A stretch of 64,000 nt of DNA from contig CAZDEU010000002.1 in assembly GCA_964504265.1 (NCBI GenBank), positions 22,473 to 86,472 of the forward strand, in the 5' to 3' direction. The notes below the pieces were generated by a model that had not been told where the DNA came from, did not search any database, and worked only from the letters and a program-made list of their open reading frames with translations. The translations under genes were made by a program, and so were the position numbers. This DNA comes from an uncultured Bacteroidales bacterium. GTDB taxonomy: Bacteria; Bacteroidota; Bacteroidia; Bacteroidales; JAKIYJ01. Position 1 is the stretch's first letter. The number at the start of each line of letters is the position of its first letter. Shown piece after piece: positions 33,038-40,976 of this stretch.

Positions 33038-33500
33038 CTTTCGTTTTATTTATTTTAATTAAACTTGTTATTTTTTTTTCGTCTAAACCAAATTTCTTTA
33101 ATATTTCTTTCACTTGTAAAAACATCATTGGATTGCTGAAATAAATGTTTAAATATTCTTCAGCTTCATTTACTGAACACTCATAATAAATTGAAATATA
33201 ATTAACTAATTCTTTATTATATTTATCAACTCCTTTGCCCTTTACATATTTTAAATATATTTTCTTTTTAGGTAAAGTATTTAATAAAATATTATATGAT
33301 TGTTCAGGAGTTAATAATGAAACAGTATATTGCTGCAACATATTAATTAATTCCAAACAATCACTATTCATTGACAACCACTTATTAATCATGTAAGGTG
33401 AATAGCATTTACGTTCACTTTCTGTATATGATTTCCATGGAGTTTTATTAATAGTTAAATTACTTAAAAAATCTATAATACTAATTGCTTTTGTTGCCAT
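33030..33500 (-). CDS. clamp-loader small subunit (T4 gp62-like)
   Basis: It follows the AAA+ clamp-loader gene. YSPYMINKWLSMNSDCLELINMLQ and NILLNTLPKKK resemble the T4 gp62 layout. Confidence 0.5.
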   Translation of the reverse strand: MATKAISIIDFLSNLTINKTPWKSYTESERKCYSPYMINKWLSMNSDCLELINMLQQYTVSLLTPEQSYNILLNTLPKKKIYLKYVKGKGVDKYNKELVNYISIYYECSVNEAEEYLNIYFSNPMMFLQVKEILKKFGLDEKKITSLIKINKTKDE

Positions 33501-33669
33501 CTACTCCTTCACTTAGTTTTGACCTCTCACTTTCAGGTACATAAGGTATAATACGTTTCTTTTTGTTATGTTTATTACTACATTTTTCGCAATTACCACA
33601 ACACTCTTCTTTAATCAAATATTGTGGTATAAAATTAATATTACTAGTATTGCTAAATATATTGAACAT
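33481..33669 (-). CDS. small Cys-rich protein (62 aa)
   Basis: CCGNCEKCSNKHNKKKR. Confidence 0.45.
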   Translation of the reverse strand: MFNIFSNTSNINFIPQYLIKEECCGNCEKCSNKHNKKKRIIPYVPESERSKLSEGVDGNKSN

Positions 33670-34601
33670 TATAAACTATTTATAATATTAATAAACATAG
33701 CCATTACATTAATTTCTTTATCAACAACGGATACATCACGAAATTGACCGTCTGCAATATGCATAGTTAATTCAGCTTGTTTAGTTGCATCTTTAGTAAT
33801 ATCTTCTATACTGTCATACATAAACCTATATAAATGTTCAAATGTACGAACTTTGCTATCTGCTAATATTTGTCTAATAGTTAAGAAAGCAGTTTGTTTA
33901 TTCCTTTCTTTCTTTAATATTTCAACAATCTTCATCATATAATTTTGTTCAATAATACTTTGTGTATCTAATTCTAGAACTCCATTATTTGAATGTAATT
34001 GGCATGTATTAATAACCTTACGAATATCAGGATAAGATGATTTTACAATGGTTGCAACATCTTCTGTTTTAAATTGTATTTTTTCTTCAGTTAAGATGCG
34101 GATTGTATGTTTTGCTACTTCTTGCATTGATGGTGCAACAATTTGGAACATCTGGCATCTTGAACGAATTGGTTCAATTATTTTTTCAATATAATTACAA
34201 GTTAAAATAAATCTTGTGTGCATTGAAAATTGTTCCATAAGAGCCCTCAAAGCTGCTTGTCCATTAGCTGTTATATAATCACTTTCATCAAGTATAACGC
34301 ACTTTAGAGATTTAAATCCAATTGTGCTTGCAAAATTTTTAACTTTTGTTCTTATTGTTTCAACATTATTTTCATCTGAAGCATTTATATAAATGTAATC
34401 ACATTCAATATTATTAACAATAAGTTTTGCTAAAGTAGTTTTTCCAGTTCCTGCTGTACCTGATAGAAGTAAGTGAGGTATATCATTATCAGCAAGATAA
34501 TTTTTAACCTTGCTAATTAAATGTTCGTTTCCAATATAATTTTCTAACTTAATTGGGCGGTATTTCTCCACCCATAAAGTATGCTCTTTATTTTCTATCA
34601 T
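33669..34601 (-). CDS. AAA+ clamp loader (RFC small subunit / T4 gp44-like)
   Basis: WVEKYRP, Walker A GTAGTGKTT, Walker B ILDESD, and SRC motif PIRSRC. Confidence 0.9.
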   Translation of the reverse strand: MIENKEHTLWVEKYRPIKLENYIGNEHLISKVKNYLADNDIPHLLLSGTAGTGKTTLAKLIVNNIECDYIYINASDENNVETIRTKVKNFASTIGFKSLKCVILDESDYITANGQAALRALMEQFSMHTRFILTCNYIEKIIEPIRSRCQMFQIVAPSMQEVAKHTIRILTEEKIQFKTEDVATIVKSSYPDIRKVINTCQLHSNNGVLELDTQSIIEQNYMMKIVEILKKERNKQTAFLTIRQILADSKVRTFEHLYRFMYDSIEDITKDATKQAELTMHIADGQFRDVSVVDKEINVMAMFINIINSL

Positions 34602-34604
34602 TTA

Positions 34605-35321
34605 TTAATTCAATTCAAGCTTAACCATGAAATATTGACTTGTATACCCAACACTATCAAATTCTAACTTTAATAAACCAGCACTACTAATATAAAGTGT
34701 TCCAGTTATTAAATCTTTATTAGCATTTAACACAGCTTTTAAATAATCACTATTAAAGCAAATTGGAATTAATGTTGTTTTGCTTTTTGCTTTAGTTGAA
34801 AAAGTAATCCTGTTTGAATTAACTTGATTAAACCCATGAATTAATTCTATTGTTTCAGCATCTTTTGATTTGAAAGCAATAATAGTTGAATCAATTGCAC
34901 CCTTAGTTTTATTAAACTTATTAATAAAATCAGTTGTGATTTCAAACGAATGTTCAAAGTCCGGTAATTGTTTTGGGATGCCTGCTTTAGGAATAATAGC
35001 TGGGTCTGAAAGAATATAAGTTAAATTAACTTCATCATCTACTAATGTAATATTTACTGATTTTCCACCTTGTTGATTAACTTTGAAATCTAAATCTTCA
35101 CCAACAGCACTAAGCATTTTTACTAATGTTGATGTTTCATAAATACCAAATTCCATATCAGCATTATCAAATTGCTTCATACTGACATTACCAATAAGAG
35201 TTTTGTCTTCAGTATTAAATAATACTTTAGCTGTTTTTTGGGAGATTTCCCATTTGACTGATTCTACTTGCGAGCCAAGCGAATATTTTTCAATAAACTG
35301 TAACAGTTCTTTCTTTTTCAT
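34605..35321 (-). CDS. probable sliding clamp (gp45-like)
   Basis: 238 aa, immediately upstream of the clamp loader in the transcription direction. The call rests on size and synteny only. Confidence 0.5.
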   Translation of the reverse strand: MKKKELLQFIEKYSLGSQVESVKWEISQKTAKVLFNTEDKTLIGNVSMKQFDNADMEFGIYETSTLVKMLSAVGEDLDFKVNQQGGKSVNITLVDDEVNLTYILSDPAIIPKAGIPKQLPDFEHSFEITTDFINKFNKTKGAIDSTIIAFKSKDAETIELIHGFNQVNSNRITFSTKAKSKTTLIPICFNSDYLKAVLNANKDLITGTLYISSAGLLKLEFDSVGYTSQYFMVKLELN

Positions 35322-35345
35322 TTTATAACTTTATTTAAATAATTT

Positions 35346-35365
35346 ATTATATGTATGTCATTTTT
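35346..35365 (-). promoter_or_regulatory. conserved upstream motif (minus strand AAAAATGACATACATATAAT)
   Basis: 25 nt upstream of ATG 35321. Confidence 0.4.
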
Positions 35366-35400
35366 ATTAATTCAATATATTGAAAACTTGCAGAAATATT

Positions 35401-35658
35401 TTAATTTCTTCTAGCAGAATCAATTGCATCTTCTTCACTACAATCTTGTTCTCTTAAATTTTCAATCACTTCTTCACGTAAATCAATTTGATTATTAATT
35501 GGTCTACCCCACCATTCTTCACGCATTTGTAAAGTTTTATTATAATTATCTAAACAACGTTGTAAATATTCAGCAAGAATAAAATCTGGTGTATCACTTT
35601 CATTCTCAAGTGAACATTGATTAATTAACGTTTCTAATTCTTTTTTAAAATTTTTCAT
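35401..35658 (-). CDS. hypothetical acidic protein (85 aa)
   Basis: ORF directly after the DpdA-like gene. Confidence 0.55.
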   Translation of the reverse strand: MKNFKKELETLINQCSLENESDTPDFILAEYLQRCLDNYNKTLQMREEWWGRPINNQIDLREEVIENLREQDCSEEDAIDSARRN

Positions 35659-35661
35659 AAT

Positions 35662-36873
35662 TTAAAATTCAAAAAATGTTTTAATACTTTCTTTATCACT
35701 TACATCAGTAGCATCAGCACTGATTTTCAAATATATATTTTTGTATTTTTCATACACTTCAAGTGGTTTATTTACACCCTCAAACATTTCTTTGATACTA
35801 CAATAAACTTGCCACCAATCATTGTTGAAAACTTCTTTAATTGCTTGGTCATCTGAATCTATAATTGTATTAATTTTCTTTATTGCATCTAAAAATACAT
35901 ATAGATTATGCAAAGTAGTTATTTTAACAGAACGTCTATCCCATGGAGCTAAATCAACCCCAACAGTATGGCCTTTACATGCAATACAATCAAGCAAACA
36001 TGGTAAACTAGCATCGTTATCATATGTTACACTGCCATCTTTTGGAAAATATAATGACTTCCAAGTTAATTTATCCCAATTAAATCCATAATAAAATGTT
36101 CCATAATTAGTTGCTCTACTTGGCGAACTGCTATCAGTCGTTAATACTATTTTATGGCTAAATCTTTTATTAACAAACTTTTGCATTATAGCAAGCATTA
36201 ACAAATGGTCTATCCCCGTTATGCCTAAATAATGAATCCATTTATTTTTTGGGTTATCAAGTTCACCGTTTTCAAGTAATAATGCCATTGTAAATGCCAT
36301 TCTTTTTATATCACGGCAATTTGATGGAGCCCAACCTTGGAAATCAAATCCTTTAACTGCTTTGTACCACGCAACATATTCAGCTTCATTTGACGAACTT
36401 CCTTGCAACACATTTAAAAAATCTGTTTTACCTGATTGTTTCTTTTCAAATATTTTAAAATTTTCTAAACTAATATCAAGTGCTTCATTAAATCTTCCTA
36501 AATAATTTAAACGTGGCGGAATATCTAAGTTCATAGCAATATCTGAATTAGTTTCTAACCATTCAAATATTTCATCACGTAATAATGTTGACCATTTTAA
36601 AGCACCAGTTGCTATTTGATATCCACCACTATCACCCATTACAAGTGAATTCTCTAATCCCCATGTTTTTCGAAAAGTCTTTTCTTTATAATTATGGCCT
36701 GCTGTTGTAAGATAAAATTTATATCTCCATGCTTCAGGCATATCATCTGAATAATATCGAATTGGTATTTTATTATTAACATCTAATGGATTAATAATTT
36801 CATTAAGTTTTAGCCATTGGCGCATTCCACCAGTAGACATTGATGGAAAGTAAATAAATTTATGTTTATTCAT
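35662..36873 (-). CDS. dpdA: tRNA-guanine transglycosylase-family enzyme, DpdA-like (7-deazaguanine DNA base exchange)
   Basis: GDSGGYQ (the TGT catalytic DSGGFQ motif) and a Zn site CLLDCIAC...TLHNLY (CxxxCxxC-x25-H). The phage context points to DNA rather than tRNA as the substrate. Confidence 0.75.
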   Translation of the reverse strand: MNKHKFIYFPSMSTGGMRQWLKLNEIINPLDVNNKIPIRYYSDDMPEAWRYKFYLTTAGHNYKEKTFRKTWGLENSLVMGDSGGYQIATGALKWSTLLRDEIFEWLETNSDIAMNLDIPPRLNYLGRFNEALDISLENFKIFEKKQSGKTDFLNVLQGSSSNEAEYVAWYKAVKGFDFQGWAPSNCRDIKRMAFTMALLLENGELDNPKNKWIHYLGITGIDHLLMLAIMQKFVNKRFSHKIVLTTDSSSPSRATNYGTFYYGFNWDKLTWKSLYFPKDGSVTYDNDASLPCLLDCIACKGHTVGVDLAPWDRRSVKITTLHNLYVFLDAIKKINTIIDSDDQAIKEVFNNDWWQVYCSIKEMFEGVNKPLEVYEKYKNIYLKISADATDVSDKESIKTFFEF

Positions 36874-38062
36874 TATGATTTATTAAGTATTTAATTGCTT
36901 CTTTTTCGTGCCATATATTGTATTCGCGGTCTATTCCGTTAACTATAATATAACACATTAATTCTCTTCCATAATCAGAATTTTCAATGATATTATTAGT
37001 ATACAAATTAGTTTCATTATCACTTGTATAATGAATTGCATTATCTAATGTTTGTATAGCACTTTCAACATTAAATGCTGTATATCTTAATCTTGGTGGT
37101 ATCATTTCTTTAAATGACCTAAAATCAGGATATACTAAATTACATCTAAATATTGATGCTTCTACACCAGTAAATGAAACATAATCTTGTAATGCACTAT
37201 TAAATTGAACACTTGCTGAAGATAGTTCTTCGTAATATTGTTCCTTTGTTAAATTTTCTTTTATTTTAAATCTTGGTTCTTCTTGTGCAAATTTATATAA
37301 TTCATCAACTATACCGGGCATGTTACTTCTTAACTTGGATGCACTAGTAGTACAAACCCATTCCCATCTCGGATATCTTTTTAAGAATTTCTTTGCAACT
37401 TCTAACATAAAAAATGGATTCTTTTCTGAATCATATCTACTAGTATATACAACTTTACTAGTTTTAACTTTATCAGTTTTGTTAATTTTATTTTTAACTA
37501 ATCTAGAATCAACTGTTAGAGATACAACATGAATAGGGCATTCAAATCCAGCAGCTTTTAACTCATCTCTGTGAATTGTTGATGCAACGAAGATTGCGTT
37601 AAGTCGCTTACTTAAGCCAATTTCATATGGCCTCATCCAATTTCTCATGTTATATGTGAAGTCAAATTGATCCACGGACTGTGCCCAGCACGTAGCATAC
37701 ACATTAATTTTAATATTATATAAATCAAGTGCATAAAAAATACTTTCTACACCTGCAGTCCAAAATTCTTGCAAAAATATTGTGTCACCATTTTTAACTT
37801 CACCTGCAGCTATTTTATTAAGAAAGTTTTTACATTGTTGTAATGCAAACTTCCCGCGGCCGATGGCATCTAGAACTTGCCCCACCTGCACATCTCCATT
37901 AGCTGAATCATCTCCTTCTATTACAACAAAATTAATTTTATTTTTGTACTTTTCAAATGTCGCAGGTATCCACTCGTTAGATAATTGATGCGTGTAACGC
38001 GACTTTAATGATTCCAATGGGAAATAAAATACATTGTGTTTTTCTTTAATAACGTTATTCAT
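36866..38062 (-). CDS. hypothetical protein, possible GT-B glycosyltransferase
   Basis: VVYTSRYDSEKNP and YVSFTGVEASIFRCNLVYPD resemble the GT1/GT4 C-terminal domain. Translationally coupled to the DpdA-like gene. Confidence 0.35.
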   Translation of the reverse strand: MNNVIKEKHNVFYFPLESLKSRYTHQLSNEWIPATFEKYKNKINFVVIEGDDSANGDVQVGQVLDAIGRGKFALQQCKNFLNKIAAGEVKNGDTIFLQEFWTAGVESIFYALDLYNIKINVYATCWAQSVDQFDFTYNMRNWMRPYEIGLSKRLNAIFVASTIHRDELKAAGFECPIHVVSLTVDSRLVKNKINKTDKVKTSKVVYTSRYDSEKNPFFMLEVAKKFLKRYPRWEWVCTTSASKLRSNMPGIVDELYKFAQEEPRFKIKENLTKEQYYEELSSASVQFNSALQDYVSFTGVEASIFRCNLVYPDFRSFKEMIPPRLRYTAFNVESAIQTLDNAIHYTSDNETNLYTNNIIENSDYGRELMCYIIVNGIDREYNIWHEKEAIKYLINHNE

Positions 38063-38071
38063 ATTTAATTT

Positions 38072-38419
38072 TTAAATTTCTACAATAGCTCCATTTTCTG
38101 CATCTTCAAGCACTTCCACAGATTGGCACCCGAATTCATTTAATATTTCAGTTGCAATCATTTCACATGACATATTATTAAACATTAAACAATCATATGT
38201 TTTGGAATAATATTTCTTTTTAAGATAATCAATTATAAATCTCTTAAAGAGTATAATCTCTACATCGCGATCTGCATGTGATACAAGTCTTTTTACTTTT
38301 ATGTAAAATTGATGCCTATGCAAATGCTGAAGAAATCCAACTGTTTGTGCTTTTTCAAATGCATCTTTCCATTGATGCAAACCCTCAATCTGAATCGATA
38401 TTACTACAAATGTCTTCAT
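38072..38419 (-). CDS. QueD/PTPS-like T-fold protein (divergent)
   Basis: The layout IEGLHQW / LQHLHRHQFYIKVK / DRDVEIILFK / MSCEMIATEI / VEVLEDAENGAIV parallels QueD (AAHxL / HGHxFxVxV / DFxxLK / TSExLA / VxExxxxxA). HRH replaces HGH. Confidence 0.45.
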   Translation of the reverse strand: MKTFVVISIQIEGLHQWKDAFEKAQTVGFLQHLHRHQFYIKVKRLVSHADRDVEIILFKRFIIDYLKKKYYSKTYDCLMFNNMSCEMIATEILNEFGCQSVEVLEDAENGAIVEI

Positions 38420-38421
38420 AA

Positions 38422-38853
38422 TTAAATTTTTATGGTATCAAACTTATAACTATCAGCATCTACGTGTTGCATAATATGCTTAGCTACAACATAAGTATTG
38501 TATTCCCCATTGTCAATTGTAATGCAATCTTGTTTTTTTAAATAATCGATGTCGCACGTTGGAACTTGCATTCTATAAAGAATATGTGCATGATTGTAAA
38601 TTCTTTTTGGAATTTTACGTAATGTTTTATCATTTGCTTCTAATGAAATTGCAATTTTAGTTGCATCCATAATATCTGCAATTAAATCCCATGATTTTTT
38701 ATTTGCAATACAAGCTTCAACCCATTCATATGTAAAATATAAATGAGGATAATCTTTATAATTTTTTGGAATTTCACTACGAATAAATAATGTTGGAATA
38801 TCAGAAAAAGTGCCCTCCACTTCAATTCCTGCCCAGTAAGCAAGTCCTTTCAT
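38422..38853 (-). CDS. hypothetical protein (143 aa)
   Basis: First gene of the 38853-35401 run. Confidence 0.55.
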   Translation of the reverse strand: MKGLAYWAGIEVEGTFSDIPTLFIRSEIPKNYKDYPHLYFTYEWVEACIANKKSWDLIADIMDATKIAISLEANDKTLRKIPKRIYNHAHILYRMQVPTCDIDYLKKQDCITIDNGEYNTYVVAKHIMQHVDADSYKFDTIKI

Positions 38854-38887
38854 AACTTTTAAAATTTTATAACTTTTACTTTTGTGA

Positions 38888-38904
38888 CAATATATATGTC
38901 AAAA
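38888..38904 (-). promoter_or_regulatory. conserved upstream motif (minus strand TTTTGACATATATATTG)
   Basis: 35 nt upstream of ATG 38853. Identical 17-mer to 60558-60574. Confidence 0.45.
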
Positions 38905-39064
38905 TTTTTGAAACAATATAAAAAAATATGCTTTTCTATAATTATTTTACGAAATTATTAGAAAAGCATTAAAACCTTTAATTCAACCAAGACTCGCAAT
39001 TAACTTCAATAACCTAGTTATATTCATTAACCCTGTAAGTTTATTTGGATGCAACAGTTTAATT

Positions 39065-39421
39065 TTAATCTACAACAATTTCTTTTGTAGGATTCAACTT
39101 TTTAGCTAGCTTAGCTATTTTCACAACTAATATGCCAGCTTCATACTTAGCAGTTACTTTTGATGCATCTACATCATCCGGTAGTTGCCAATAGTAATCA
39201 ATTTTGTTTGATTGATACTTCAATTGCTTATCAACCTTGATTGTTAATTTATTTTCAGCAACTTTTATTTTAAAGTCTTCTTTTTCCAACCCAGGCGCAA
39301 CTACATCAATAACGTATACGTTATCAAGTGTTTTAACATTTGCGACTTTCTGGTATGGGAATTCGAATGCATCAAAAAAAGTGCCATTAAATAAATCTTC
39401 AAATTTACTTGCATAATACAT
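39065..39421 (-). CDS. small heat-shock protein (Hsp20/alpha-crystallin)
   Basis: VIDVVAPGLEKEDFKIKVAENKLTIKV ... AKYEAGILVVKI. Confidence 0.85.
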   Translation of the reverse strand: MYYASKFEDLFNGTFFDAFEFPYQKVANVKTLDNVYVIDVVAPGLEKEDFKIKVAENKLTIKVDKQLKYQSNKIDYYWQLPDDVDASKVTAKYEAGILVVKIAKLAKKLNPTKEIVVD

Positions 39422-39462
39422 ATTTACCTCCAGTTTTATAAAAATGTTATTTTAATTTTTCA

Positions 39463-39479
39463 ATTATATGTATGTTAAT
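39463..39479 (-). promoter_or_regulatory. conserved upstream motif (minus strand ATTAACATACATATAAT)
   Basis: 42 nt upstream of ATG 39421. Confidence 0.4.
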
Positions 39480-39481
39480 TT

Positions 39482-39973
39482 TTAAAATTCAATCAATTTT
39501 TTTACTTCTTCATGCAAATTTTCTATTGTACTATTATTATCAATTACTAAATCATATTTATAATTATATACATTTTTGTCTGCATGATTATCAGGAATAT
39601 GTTTTAATCTTTTTTGTGCATCTACTAATAAAGTAACACATTGATCACCAAAATATTCTTTAAATTTAGCAATTTCTTTAGGTTCCCTGCAATGAATAAA
39701 TATTACTGAATATTGATTTTGTAAATTAACAAAGTTAATTAATGATTTAAATATTCCATCATTATATTCTGTAATTAAATCTTTTAAATCAGATAAAAAC
39801 TTTCTTGATTTATCATCTTTAGTTCCGTCCCAACCTATACTTGTAGCTATTTCTTTAGGTATTTCAACAGTTGATTTATTAAAAACTATTTTATTTTGCA
39901 ATTTAGTAAATATTTCAACTACAGTATCTTTGCCTGATCTAGCTGTTCCATTTATTATTATAACTTTTTTCAT
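39482..39973 (-). CDS. P-loop kinase, dNMP kinase-like
   Basis: IIINGTARSGKDT Walker A, typical of phage deoxynucleotide monophosphate kinases. Confidence 0.55.
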   Translation of the reverse strand: MKKVIIINGTARSGKDTVVEIFTKLQNKIVFNKSTVEIPKEIATSIGWDGTKDDKSRKFLSDLKDLITEYNDGIFKSLINFVNLQNQYSVIFIHCREPKEIAKFKEYFGDQCVTLLVDAQKRLKHIPDNHADKNVYNYKYDLVIDNNSTIENLHEEVKKLIEF

Positions 39974-40186
39974 TTTATTCCATTTATTGTGAGGACTTTT
40001 ATTTTACAATTATATCATCAAAAATCACAGGTATTTTACTTTGTAAATCTTTAAGTAAAGGAATCATTAATTCTCTCATTTGTGAATGCGCAGCAGTTGA
40101 AGTTCTCTGTTTAAAAATAGTTCGCCATTCTCTCAAATTTGCTGTTTACTTAAAATTTCATAACTTGAATTAATTAATTTCATATT

Positions 40187-40747
40187 TTAAAAATTTATAT
40201 CTACACAATCTATATTAAAGTCATTAAACATAATACAATCACCTGAAAATAAATATAATCCACTCATTCCTTTATTTTCAAATTCAGATATCAATGCTGA
40301 TTCAAAGGTTTTTGGCTTTTGAGTTCTTTTACCACACGCTTCAACAATTAAGTTTCTTTTTGAACTTCGCAATGGTTTAACTTTTTTATTGGTAAAAAGC
40401 ATTAAATGCTCTGTATTGTTTCTAAAATGATTTCCAAGACCATAAAATAAATTACCTTTAGTCGTAAGCTTTGACCATGTAACTAATGTTTTATATTTAT
40501 AAGTTTTAAAATCACTATTAAATACATTTTCAATCATTGAATTAGTAACCCATATGAACAAATATTTAGCATTAATTTTGTCAAAAATTAAATTTAAATC
40601 AGTATTATCCCATAAATTATATGATAGTTGATTTATTTTTAATTTTGGTCTTATATCATCATATGACCAAGGCGGGTCAACAATAGCGTAATCATATATA
40701 ACTTCTTCTTTCAAGAAATCTTTATAATCTGCATGTATTTGTTTCAT
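40187..40747 (-). CDS. MT-A70 family DNA N6-adenine methyltransferase
   Basis: DYAIVDPPWSY (catalytic DPPW). Confidence 0.8.
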   Translation of the reverse strand: MKQIHADYKDFLKEEVIYDYAIVDPPWSYDDIRPKLKINQLSYNLWDNTDLNLIFDKINAKYLFIWVTNSMIENVFNSDFKTYKYKTLVTWSKLTTKGNLFYGLGNHFRNNTEHLMLFTNKKVKPLRSSKRNLIVEACGKRTQKPKTFESALISEFENKGMSGLYLFSGDCIMFNDFNIDCVDINF

Positions 40748-40819
40748 TCAATTAAATTTTTGTGATTTTTAATATTTTAACTACTTAATAAAGATACTAA
40801 ATTCCAAATTTTGTATTAT

Positions 40820-40966
40820 CTATTTTCTCTTCTTTTTCTTTGGTGTAAAATTAGTAGGTTTTCTGCGTTTGGGTGCTCGTATTCTATTACCTTCATCATC
40901 AAATATATAATAATCCGGATTTTCAACCATTGCAACAGTACCGGCACCAAAACTTTTTTCAATCAT
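40820..40966 (-). CDS. possible small basic protein (48 aa, not in ORF track)
   Basis: MIEKSFGAGTVAMVENPDYYIFDDEGNRIRAPKRRKPTNFTPKKKKRK. It fills the 230-nt gap between the RNR and the methylase. Confidence 0.3.
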   Translation of the reverse strand: MIEKSFGAGTVAMVENPDYYIFDDEGNRIRAPKRRKPTNFTPKKKKRK

Positions 40967-40976
40967 TTTTGGTATT

